Source: Rebecca billardiae RCC1528
Taxonomy: Eukaryota > Protista > Haptophyta
Direction: 5' to 3'
Assembly (NCBI GenBank): GCA_965240325.2
Contig: OZ251240.1
Coordinates: 1-64,000, forward strand
Length of the DNA stretch: 64,000 nucleotides
In this document: in pieces, positions 45,964 through 56,803 of the stretch
Position numbering within the stretch: position 1 is the stretch's first letter
How the letters are laid out: each line of letters begins with the position of its first letter
Notes under the pieces: generated by a model
What the model saw: the letters and a program-made list of their open reading frames with translations, nothing else
Told to the model about the DNA's origin: nothing
Databases searched by the model: none
Program-made: the position numbers and the translations under genes

Positions 45964-48751
45964 ATGATCGAGTTCCTCGGCCGGTGCGAGGCCGCCACCC
46001 GCGCGCCGCGCGCGCCGCGCGAGCGCACGCCGGGCGGCCGCGCTTGACCGCGCCGCGCCGCGCCGCGCCGCCGCGCGCGCAGGGGCGGTGGCGGCGCGCC
46101 GATCCGCGACGCGCAGGGCAACGTGCACGCCGACCTCCGGCGCTCCGTCGCCGCGCCGCCCGCCGCGCCGCAGCTGCACCCCGCCTCGCTGCAGCCGCAG
46201 CCGCAGTACCCGCCGCAGCAGCCGCAGCCGCACGCGCCGATGGCGCCGCCGCCGGCGTACGCGCACGACGCGGCGCACGCGCCGTGGCAGCCGCCCCCCG
46301 TCGCCGGCGCGCCGCCCACCGTCGTGTACGCCGCGCACGTCGGCTCGCCGCCGCCCGCGCCCGTGAGCGGCGCGCACGCGCTGCCGGCGCACGGCGCTCG
46401 CTCGCCGATCGCGCCCGGCCCGGCGGGCGGGCACTTTGGGCGCTCGCTCGGCGCGATGATGGGCGACGTGACCGAGGAGGACGCCGCCGCCGCGCGCGCG
46501 CGGCAGGACGCCCTGCGCCGCGACCTCGCCGCGCAGGTGCTCGAGAAGAAGGCGCGCGACGCGTCTGAGAAGGAGCGCACGCGCCGCGAGGACTTGCACG
46601 CGGAGGGCAGCTTCTACGCGCAGCAGCAGCAGCCGCAGCCGCAGCCGCACCCGCACCCGCACCCGCACCCGCAGCAGCAGCAGTACGCGCCGCAGCCGCC
46701 GCCGCAGTACGCGCCGCAGCAGCAGCCGTACCCGCCGCAGCCGGTGGGCGGCGCGTACGGCCAGCCCGCGTACCAGCAGCAGCAGCCAGGTCTGCACGCG
46801 CACGCGCACGGCGCCGCGCCGCCCACGCCGCAGTGGCTCGGTGCGCAGCCGTGGGGTGCGCCCCCGGGCCCGGTGGGCGCGCCGCCGCCCGGCGTGTACG
46901 CCCAGCCGCCCATGCAGCCGCCCATGCAGCCGCCGATGATGCAGCAGCAGCAGCCGCCGCAGTGGCAGCCGCAGCCGTCACAGCCGCAGCCGCAGCTCAG
47001 CCCGCACCGCCCGCCGCCCGGCACCGCCGCGCCCGCCCTCAGCGGCGTGCCCGCCGCCGAGGGCGAGTCCGTGCTCGGGCTCGCGCAGCAGGCGCAGCAG
47101 CGCGCGGCCGCGCACGCCGGCGCGCACAGCCCGGCGGGCTCGGCGGGCGGCGGTGCCATGAGCGCGGCGCAGCGGATGCGCATGCGCGCGCAGCCATGCG
47201 CGCAGCAGCCGCACACCGCGGGCGGCGCGTACGGCGCGGGCGCGCCGCTCTCGCCGCCCGGCGCGGCGCCGAGCGGCGCGGCGCTGAGCGCGCTGCTGCG
47301 CCCCATCGGCGCGGCCGAGCCGGCAGCGGCGCACCCGCCGCCAGCGCACGGCGGCGGCTACGGCGCGGCGCAGCAGCCGCCGCCGCCGCCGCCGCTGAGC
47401 GCGCCGCACGCGCAGCCGCGCGCGCGCGCGAGCTCGGCCACGCGCGGCGCGCCGCCGCCCGGCGCGCGCGGCGCCGCGGGCGGGCGCGGGCGGCGCGCGA
47501 GCGGCGGCGGCTTTGCGGCGGCCGCGGCGGCGGCCGGCGCCGAGGGCGGCGGCGCGCCGGGCCGCGGCGGCTCCAAGCGGCAGCCGATGGCGCTGCAGGC
47601 GGGCCGAGACGCGTCCTCCACGGCGGCGGAGCGGCGCGCCAAGGGCGAGGCGGCGCGCCAGGCCGCGACCGCGCCGCGCGGGCGCAGGCACGACCTCGCG
47701 GCGGGCGCGCCGCCGCTCGACGGCTCGGCGGGCGCGCGCGGCCGCTCGGGCGCGGCGTCGGCGGGCGCGGCGGGGCGGCGCGCGGGCGCGGGCCGCGAGC
47801 GCGGGCGGCGCGGCTCGGCCGCGGACGCGGGCGCGCACGCGGAGGGCGGCGCGGACATGGCGTCGCTGCAGTCGGCGGTGGCTGCCAAGGAGAGCGAGCT
47901 GCAGCGGCTGCGCGGGCTGCTCGCCTCGGCCAACGCCAACGCCAACGCCAGCCTCGACCTCGGCGCGGGCGCGGGGCAGTGGGGCGGGCCGCAGCCGCAG
48001 CCGCAGCAGCAGCAGCCGCCGCCGCCGCACGCGGGACACGTGCGCGCTCGCGCGAACGCGCGTCCCGCGCACCCCGCGCTCACGGCCGCGTGCGCTCCCG
48101 CGCTGAGTCCTCCCCCGCGCCCCTCCTGCCCTCCCGCCGCGCCGTGCGCAGCCGCAGCCGGGCGACGAGCTGGACGTGTTCATGCGCTCCACCGCCATGG
48201 CCGCGCTGCAGCAGCAGCCGCCGCCCGCGCACCAGCCGCTGCCGTCGCAGCAGCAGTGGTACGCGCAGCAGCAGCAGCAGCAGCCGCCGCCGCCGCCGCA
48301 GCAGTGGGGTGTGGTGCCGCAGCAGACCCAGCCCGCGCCTGCGATGCCGCACCCACCGCCGCCCATCCGCGCACCCGGCGGCTCGATGCCCGGCAGCGGC
48401 CGCGCCTCGGCCGCGGCCTCCCCGTCCGCGCCCGGCTCGGAGCGAGACCCGTACCTGGCGCTGCACAAGGCGTGCGTGCGCGCGGACAGGAGCCGCTGCG
48501 GGCAGCTGGTACGCGCGGCGCGGCGCAGCCCGGCCGTCGCGGTGCGCCCCCGCCCTCACGCGCGCCTCCCGCCCGCCCCTGCGTGTCCCCGCCCGGCGCA
48601 GGACTGGCCGCAGCTCGCAGACCACCTGCAGCGGCACCGGCTGCACGTGCCGCCCGAGCTGGCGGACAGCGCGGCGCGCAAGGGCTCGGTCAAGTACGCG
48701 CCCTTCATCGACCGGCTGCGCGAGCTGCAACCCACGCCCAGGCTCGCGTGA
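45964..48751 (+). CDS. CSPP1/CCDC66-like centrosome/cilium protein with Pro/Gln tracts and a degenerate EF-hand-like tail
   Basis: Splicing out 45984-46082 yields LGRGGGGAPIRDAQGNVHADL. LRRDLAAQVLEKKARDASEKE follows. Further introns at 48040-48151 and 48509-48601. Confidence 0.6.
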
Positions 48752-49034
48752 CGAGACGTGCTGACGACAGGTGCGACTGCCGACCGGCCAGGGCTGCGTG
48801 CCCGGCAGCCCGGTGCCGGCAGTGCCGTCGAGTATATGCTGCTCTCGGCTTACTTTCGGACCGTCTTGACGCCGTCGAGCCCGTCGACGCGCACGTCACA
48901 GCAGTCTGTAGTGCGCGCGCATGATGCGATACACACACATATATATACATATATATACATGCTGTGCTGGGGCGTTATGGTGCAGCGCAGGAATATATGC
49001 GGATGACTCTGCTATAGCAGCCCGTCAGATGATG

Positions 49035-51296
49035 CACAGTGAACAGATGGACCTCAAAATGTCTACTTTAGAAGCCCCCCTCGAGCGGCCACAAAGGGCA
49101 AGATGGCGGATTGCGGCGGCCCGCCGCCATCCCTCAGTGCCCGCCCATCAGGTGTCCATGACCGACGTCACACTCGATCTCGAGAGAGCAGACCAAGACG
49201 GCGAGGCGGGTGACACGACCCATTGCATCCCCGAACTCGGTCGAGAAGACGAAGCGGCGCTACAACGCGCGTGGCAGCAAGCTGCGGACGGTGCCCGCGG
49301 TGTGCGGCTGTCATGCCACCTCGCGCGCGCACATGCGCGGCGTCCCGAAAACCTTCGGTCGATGTCTCGCGAAACGGGCCAAATGGGAGGGAGACCCATG
49401 CGCGCACCCTCCCTTGAATTTGCAACCGGCATTGACCGGCCAATCTCGCGCGATGTGCAACCTCTCCGGCGCGCTCGCGCAGAGGTGAGATGGTGCAGTC
49501 GCCGCAACTCAAGCTGAAGCACCAGCAGGAGGCGCCGAAGGCCGCGGCGGGTGACAGAGCACTGCCGGAGCAGTACCAGGTGCGATACGAGGCCGCGCCG
49601 TTCGCTCGGCAGTGCAGCTCTCTCTTCTCTTTCGTTGCGCGCCGGATCAATCTGAGGGTGGGCGCGTGGTGAGCAGCGCAGCTCGACACTGGCCAGTGCT
49701 CGCAGAGCACCAGATCCCGAGGATGGACAGCGGCGTGGCGGCGAAGCTGATGGCAGCGATCAGCGCCCCACCGGGCTACATCGTACCGCCGGGGTGAGCG
49801 TCGGGAGTGATGCGCTCTCTGATGTGGGCGATCGCGAGCGCGCATTCTGATGTGCGCTCGTGGATGCAGCTCGAGGCGGGGAGGGCCATCAGCTGGTGTG
49901 ACCCTCAGCCGTGCCCTGCTGCGACAGGGGCGGGAGCTGATGGAGGATCCTGTCGCCGACGCAGTAAGCGCGCCGTTGAGCACCTCGGTCTGCAGGAGTC
50001 CGTGCTTCGTTCGGCATCATGGCGAGCAGCGCGCGGAATCTGGGCGCGACGAGCAGCGTGATCGGATGCGCGCGTCCGGACGAGCCGATCATGTCTTTGA
50101 CTGTTTCAGCCCTCCGCGGGCTCCCGTGCGCTTCGGGCAGGAGCCCTCATCATCAGTCGTCTGATGCCCTGCATGACGCTGCCATACTACTACGACACAC
50201 GTACGCGTGAGTCACTGTGAGTCATATCGATGCGATCGTCGCACAGCAGTGGCGCTGCACGGCCGCGGAGCCCAGGGCTGACGATCAGTGTGGACCGAGC
50301 CGTCGGCAGACGCAGAGTGGACACGACGAGGTCGTAGTGCGCGCCGCGCGCGGCCAGGTACCGCCAGGGCCAGGGCCACGCCGGTGACGGCGGGCAGCAG
50401 AGGATGCAGCACGCGCGTGACGCCAACGTGCCGTGCGAGGGCTACGCCAACGCTGCTCAGGCACCGCAGCAGCCGCAGCTCACGCGTGAGGACTTCTGCC
50501 GACTGTGGTTGGCGGCGGTGCGCGAACTCGTCGGCGGCGGCCGACGACCGCCGCGGAGGTGAAGGTGATGGTGCTTGCTGCGCTCAACGCCAGGTGCGCG
50601 TATGCGCGCGAGCTCAAGCGGTGGACGAGCACGGTCGCGTGCTACCCGCACGTGGTCGTCACCATCGCCCCTCGCGCCATCGTGCGACTCGGCGGCGCGC
50701 TGCACCGCGCGAGCACACAAGCGTCGGAGCACGACGGCAAGATCATCGGCAACACGTTCCGCGACCGCACGTGCCGGGCGGGCGGGCTGAGCTCAAACAG
50801 ACGCGGCACGAGCATGCCGCGAGCTGGCCGCGTCGAGCAGGCCGCCAAGCAGGTGATCGTGGGCAAGATCATGAAGAAGCGCACCAACACCGTCGACAAG
50901 AACGGCCGGCTGCGACTGCTTGCAGCAAAGACGGTGCAGCCGGGCGCATCCAGTGGCAGCGGGCCTGCGCGCGAGGTGCGTCTGCGCGAGATCGTCCATG
51001 CGCGTCGCACCGCATCTCCACCTCCGCCATCTGACGCCTGCGCACCGCATGCGCGCGCGGCCGCCCGGTCGCGCGACGCACTGGCGATTGAGATGACATT
51101 CACGCGTGTCGCGGGCAGTAACAGACGAAAAGACGAGGTGGCAGGGGCTGGTGAGCGGTGTCTGAAGCATGTATTGGGTGGTTGCGCACCTGCCAGTGCC
51201 CGTCCGCGCCGGCTCAGGGTTCTTACTAGGCCGCCGGCCCGCGTCGCGCCGGCGGCGCCCTAAAGTGGACATTTGGCCGCCATTCTGTTCACCGTG
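49035..51296 (+). mobile_element. Transib/RAG-like DNA transposon (decayed), 37-bp bipartite TIRs, 5-bp TSD TGATG
   Basis: TGATG|CACAGTGAACAGATGGACCTCAAAATGTCTACTTTAG ... CTAAAGTGGACATTTGGCCGCCATTCTGTTCACCGTG|TGATG. Confidence 0.85.
50160..51263 (+). pseudogene. Degenerate RAG1/Transib-like transposase C-terminal remnant
   Basis: DALH (50163) and YPHVVVTIAPRAIVRLGGALHRASTQASEHDGK (50643-50741) are in the same frame, separated by stops. They resemble RAG1 DALH and [32 protein letters not shown]. Confidence 0.6.
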
Positions 51297-51404
51297 TGAT
51301 GAGACAGATATGACTCGCGCCGGCCGGCGGGCCGTTGCCCGTCAGCAGATCGAGCCAGCAGTTTTACGGCTTCGTCGCAGCTTCGTGCTGACGATGCGCG
51401 CGGC

Positions 51405-53105
51405 TCACGCGTGCGTGGTGGACGGCGCGATGCTCGCGGCGACGGGGCTCCACCCCGCGGCGAACTCGACGCCGGGCGAGATCCGCCCGAGCAGCCCGAG
51501 CGCCTCCCCGAGCAGCGGCTGCGCGACCAGCGCCGCGTCCAGGTAGGCGTACGCGTACAGCAGCGCGTTGAGCACGAGCACGTCCACCGCCCAGCCGAGC
51601 AGGAAGGGCAGCCGCCGCCCGGCGTACGTGGCGAGGCAGGTCTGCCGCAGCGCGAGCGGGCACGCGCCGAACGCGAAGAGCGCGTAGTACGCCAGCGTGC
51701 GCAGCGCGAACTCGTGCGCGCTCGGGCTGGCGGGCGCGCCGTGCGCGTGCGCGAGCGCGGCCACCACCTCGAGCGGCAGTGAGACGCTGTCCACCACGCC
51801 CAGGCACGCGTACGGCAGGAACATGAACGCCATCCAGCCGTACGGGATGGCGAAGGGCGCGCCGATCGCGGCGCGCACGTGCTCGTGCAGCTCGGTGCGC
51901 ACGTACGTCTCGAACGCGCGCGTGCTGCCCCACAGGTTGGTCAGCTCCGCCTCGACGATCGGCCGGTCGCTCTCCACCGACACGCGCGCCGAGTCGAGCG
52001 CAAAGAGCGACACCTGCGCCATGCTGCGCTCGTGCGAGCGCACCTTGACGCGGAGGAGCGCGCACGTGACGAGCGAGGGCAGCGCGCCCACCACGATCCA
52101 GAGCGACGCCGCGCCCCACGCGCCGTGCGCGTGCAGCAGCCGCAGGTACAGCGCCGAGCGCTCGACGGCGAACGCCACCACCACCGCCACGACCGACGCG
52201 GCCGAGACGACCAGCAGGAAGGGCGGCAGCCACAGCGGCACGAACTTGATGCGCAGCGGGCCGAGCTCGCGGCTGGCGATCGCGAGCTCGAAGATGCACC
52301 ACAGCCGCTCGAAGTAGTCCTCGCTCCACAGCACGGTGAGCTCCCTGCACGAGCGCAGCGCCACGTCCAGGTGCTCGACGCCCAGCTGCTTGAGCACGCC
52401 GTCCGACTGGTGGATGCAGAGCCGGTCGAGGAAGCAGCTCTGCCGCAGGCTCACGCCGAGCACGGCGGGCAGCCGGTGGCCGAAGAGCAGCACCGCGGCG
52501 TACAGCACGCACGGCCAGCCGATCAAAAAGTCGAACGCCTCGTGCGACGCGTACCGCCCCGCCGCGTCCTCGGACACGTGCCGCGTGAGCGCGGGCACGG
52601 CCGCAAACAGGAAGAGGCCGCACGCGAGCACGAGCGCGCCCGTGTGGTGGTGCGTGTACAGCAGCGCGAGGTGCTTCGCGCGGCGCGAGGAGGACCACGA
52701 GTGCGAGATGAACCGGTCGCACCCGTGCAGCGGCGCCGGCTTGGAGCGCGCGTACAGCGCGGCCGCGTCGGTCCGGCTGATGCCGCGCCCAAACGTGGCG
52801 GTCGAGCGCATGCTCGTGGAGCGCGCGGAGAAGGAGCCGCCGCGCACGGTCTCGGCGAGCGGCGAGGCGGACTGCAGCGAGAGCACCGAGAGGCGCCGCC
52901 GGTCGACGACGTGGAACACGGCGCCAAAGTCGGCCAGCACCTCGGCGGACGAGGTGACGCGCCACCGGAAGCGCGACGCCGCGCGCTCGCTGTCGTACTC
53001 GTGGTCGGGCGGCGCGACGGTGGAGACGCTCGCGCTGCGCAGCGCGTCGATGTCCAGCAGCTCGAGGTCGTCCTCGCGCCGCGCGCGCGCCGCGCACTGC
53101 CCCAT
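51405..53105 (-). CDS. Multi-pass membrane protein with TIR/HET-like domain
   Basis: CDRFISHSW, TM hairpin, CFLDRLCIHQ...LTVLWSEDYFERLWCIFEL, further TMs, SDRPIVEAEL...FETYVR. Intronless; start uncertain. Confidence 0.8.
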   Translation of the reverse strand: MGQCAARARREDDLELLDIDALRSASVSTVAPPDHEYDSERAASRFRWRVTSSAEVLADFGAVFHVVDRRRLSVLSLQSASPLAETVRGGSFSARSTSMRSTATFGRGISRTDAAALYARSKPAPLHGCDRFISHSWSSSRRAKHLALLYTHHHTGALVLACGLFLFAAVPALTRHVSEDAAGRYASHEAFDFLIGWPCVLYAAVLLFGHRLPAVLGVSLRQSCFLDRLCIHQSDGVLKQLGVEHLDVALRSCRELTVLWSEDYFERLWCIFELAIASRELGPLRIKFVPLWLPPFLLVVSAASVVAVVVAFAVERSALYLRLLHAHGAWGAASLWIVVGALPSLVTCALLRVKVRSHERSMAQVSLFALDSARVSVESDRPIVEAELTNLWGSTRAFETYVRTELHEHVRAAIGAPFAIPYGWMAFMFLPYACLGVVDSVSLPLEVVAALAHAHGAPASPSAHEFALRTLAYYALFAFGACPLALRQTCLATYAGRRLPFLLGWAVDVLVLNALLYAYAYLDAALVAQPLLGEALGLLGRISPGVEFAAGWSPVAASIAPSTTHA

Positions 53106-54150
53106 GCGCGGTGCCGCGCGCCCCGCCGGGTGCGCCGCGCTGGTGGTGGCGGCGGGCGGCGAGCTGGCGCTGCGAACGCTGCAAAGATGCGGCGCTGCCA
53201 CTGGTCCAACCCGCCAACCGGCAAACCCGCGGTCGCGCCGCCCGCTGCGTCCTACCTATGTCGTTAAATCAGCACACAGTTGAATGAGTGAACTGTATCA
53301 GCATTGGTATTTCATCATCAGTTCTTCGTAGCTCGTGAGCAGTGAGTCAAGATGCCCGCGGTCACCGGGCCCACCGCAGGCAGTCGGCATCGCCGTGGCG
53401 GCGGGTCGGCCTCAGCGCCTTCGCAGCCCCAGGCTCAGCGATGCAGAATGGCTGCATGCACACAAGGCGCGGGTGCACGATGCGCGTGATCGAGCAAAGG
53501 ACGTCCGGCGGCCCCACATCCTCGTCGGGCAAGTAGGGCCCGTCATCGTCGGCGGCAGGGGCTCTCGTCCACGCTGGTTGTCGTGCGCAGCGCTTGCTAC
53601 TTTGGCCCGTGCGAGCGCTCGACGTGCAAGTCGGGCGAGGACCGCCCCAAGTCGCACGATCGTGTCGACGCGCCGAGCGTACCGCATCAAACGGGTAGGT
53701 CGATTTCGCCCCCGTTCGACCTGCACGCGAGACGACGAGGGCAGCAATCGCGAATCGGGCGAAAACCCGCAGCTCGGGAGTCCTCTCACGATGTCCGCGC
53801 CGGCGTTGGATCTGGCGCGCGCGGCCCACGCGCTCCGCGCCATGGCCAAGATGGTTTTCGGCCGAGCGTCCCCAGTGGGAGCTGCGAGGGCGCCCGGTAG
53901 TGAGCGAAGCGATTTTCTTTTCTTGGGCCAAGCGATTTTCTTTTTCTTTTTTTCTCTTATATATTATTATCTTTTTCCCGCGGGCAAGCTACAAGGGGCG
54001 GACCTACGGCCCGCCATATATATATATAATATAGCGCGGAGTCACCGGCGCCCGCGTGAACGTAATCATATTGCGCATCGTCGTCAGCATAGATTGCTGC
54101 TGATTGCATCGATCACGGACGATCACCCGACGTCCCGACAGGCCCGAGAT

Positions 54151-54996
54151 GACCCGTTGCACGGGTGAGTAACCGTGAGCGTATGAAAAAACGACATGCG
54201 TATGAAATGTCGGTTTTGTCACTCGCGCTGCCGCATGGCTGACGCCCGCGCCGATCCGAGCGGAATGGGGCATTGCGAAGCCGATTCGCAATGCCCCAAT
54301 CCAATCGGCATGTCAATCGACCCAACCTTCGCTGAGAACGAACGACAAAACCCAAGGCAGGTGCCCACCAAGCGACGCCGCCCGCGCGCCGGCAGCGTGA
54401 ACGCGCGGTCGCGCAGAGGTGGCCAATGCAGAAGGCATCAGCCAATGCTGCTGCCTTCGGCAAGCGCGCCACCTCAGCGTCAGCATCGGGTGGGACCGTG
54501 ACGATATATGCCCTGGATGCGGCTCCAGCCAAACGCCCTCGACACGGGGAGCCGCCATCGGCAGCGAGCGCGCAACGGATACATACACGTGCTGTCCTCG
54601 TGAACGAGGATTCAGGAGACGAGGCGCCGGCGGCTCGGCCCGCGATGCGCAGGCAGGCTGGAGTGGCTCACGCTGCGATCGCGTGCACGGGTACAGAAGG
54701 CGTGCGCACACAACAACACCGCCTACGTGAAGCGCGTGGGCAAGCTGCTGAAGCTCTCACGATGCGTGCGCGCCTTCCTTCTCACCTCTGCGCTCGCCGA
54801 CCGCTGCCTTCCGCGCGGCAGACAGGGGACACCTGCCACCTGGCGCGCACGATGCAGCGTGTAACGCAGAAGGTGGTAGATCCGCTGCCACGCTCCCGCT
54901 GCCGCTGCTGCCGGCGGCAGCGGCATGCCCGAGGCGGCGACGGTGACTATCACTGCCAAAGTGTCGTTTTTTCGGCGCTCACGCGTGCAACTGGTC
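54151..54996 (-). mobile_element. Second copy of the GACC...GGTC element (846 bp), 4-bp TSD AGAT
   Basis: AGAT|GACCCGTTGCAC...GTGCAACTGGTC|AGAT. Colinear in reverse with 33171-34010. Confidence 0.85.
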
Positions 54997-55237
54997 AGAT
55001 ACATTGAGTCTACTGAGATAACTGAGAAGGCCGAGAACCTCGTCCTCGGCGTGCGGACACATGCACGCCGTCACTCCCGTGCCCCTGGCTTGGCCGCGCC
55101 GCGCCGCGCCAGCGGCCACTCCCGTCGCCAAAGTGGCCTGCTGGCGGCGTCTCGTCACGGGCCGGCGCACGGCGCACGGTGCCGCGGGGCTCGCGGCCCA
55201 CTCACTCACGGCTGCCACGGGGCCGGCGCCTCAGGCC

Positions 55238-56181
55238 TCAGCCGCGCCGCCCCTGGCCCTTGGGCTTGCGCGCCGCCGCCTTGCGCACGCCGCCGCTCGG
55301 CTTGGCGCCGTTGGCCCGCCTGGGCTTGGGCCCGCCCGCGTACTTGTCGGCGAGCGCGTCGAGCATCGCGGCCTGCGCGCCCGCGCGGCTCTCCTGCCGC
55401 GCGCGGATCAGCTGGAACAGCTCGTCTCCGCCCCCCTCGGCGCCGGGCGCGCTCCTCCGCTCCTCCAGCGAGCGGCGCGCGCGCGCCTTGCGCTCCGCGT
55501 CGCTCGGCCCGCGCGCCGGGCGGAAGGCGGCGAAGCCGGGCAGCGCCTCGGCGCGTCCCGCGGCGATCTCGCGCTCGAGCAGCTGCCGGAAGCGCCACAG
55601 GTCCGCCTCCTCCGCGTACGGCACGTACTCGGCCGCGCGCGCCATCGTGCCGCGCGTGCGCGCGTAGTGCTCGAGCACGTCCGCCGCCTCGGCGGCGCTG
55701 CCGCCGACGTACTCGGCCTCGTACTCGGCGATGGACTCGGCGCTCACCGCGGCGTGCATCTCGCGGAAGTAGCGGCGCAGCTCGTCGAACGACTTGCCGC
55801 GGAAGCGCGCCGCGCCCGCCTCCTCCTCGTCGCCCGTGAGCCCGGTGGCGTCGTACAGCTTGCGCCGCTCCTCGTCCAGCAGCACCTCCTGCGGCGCACG
55901 GCGCGGCGCGCGCGGGGAGGGGAAGGGAGGGGCGCGGACGCCGGCTCGACGCGGCCGAGGGCGCGCGCGCGCCGCGCGCGCCGCGCGCGCACGGCGCGCA
56001 CGGCGCGCACCTTGACGCGCGTGAGCGCCTGGAAGCGCTCCTTCGCCTCCACGTCCCCCGGGGCGTGCTTGTCCGGGTGGCAGCACAGGGCGAGCCGGTG
56101 GTACGCCTTGCGGATCTCGGCCGTGCTCGCCGCCCGGTCCACGCCCAGCAGCTCGTACAGCGACTTGCCCTCGTCCTCCAT
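55238..56181 (-). CDS. J-domain co-chaperone, DNAJC9/AtJ6-like
   Basis: SLYELLGV...IRKAYHRLAL..HPDK; intron 55889-56010; VLLDEERRKLYD...YVGGSAAEAADV. Confidence 0.88.
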
Positions 56182-56803
56182 CGCACCTGCGCTCGCGCAC
56201 CCGCCTGGCGCGTCCGCCGCGAGCGAGCTCCAGAGCGGCTGTCCCAACGGCGTGCTCCGGTCTCTCCCTATTTTTTTAAATTATTGCGGAGCGCGCTTTG
56301 CGCAGTTATTATTTTGATGATGAGGATAGTTAACGACGTGGCATGCGCGCAACGGGCAAGCGTCAGGCACAGGATGATGAGGATACGGTGCCAATAGCGG
56401 ATCGTCCTGTTTATTGCGGAGCGCTTATTTGCGCAGTTTGCGCTCATCGTCATCGGAGAGGTGCGGTGCAGGTGGCACGGGAGTCGGGAAGCGCCGGAGC
56501 CGGAGGGCGCCCGCGGGCCGGGTTCTTAAAAGAGGCAGTGCCGGCGTGCCGCGCGAGCAGCGCGACCACCTCGTCGGGCCCATGCTTCTGCACCATTGCG
56601 GCACGCCTCCGGGAAGGCGGCAGCTGCTTGCCGAGCGTGCCGATCGGTGCGGCTGCCGGCTGGCAGGTCCCTCAGTCTGAGTCGGTGCCGCAGCTGCAGT
56701 GCCCGGTGGCGTCTCTGAATCGGCGCCGGCGCTCGCTCGAACGCAAAGCTCGTCGTGATGATCGTTGGGAGATCATCACGACGAGCCACGCTTCACGGCT
56801 TCA

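Noticed and set aside
53335-54150. 277-aa ORF
   Set aside because: No motifs, it runs through T-rich non-coding tracts, and it is likely intergenic or TE debris.
33171-54996. One 22-kb composite transposon bounded by the two inverted copies
   Set aside because: Each copy has its own different TSD (TACT vs AGAT), indicating independent insertions.
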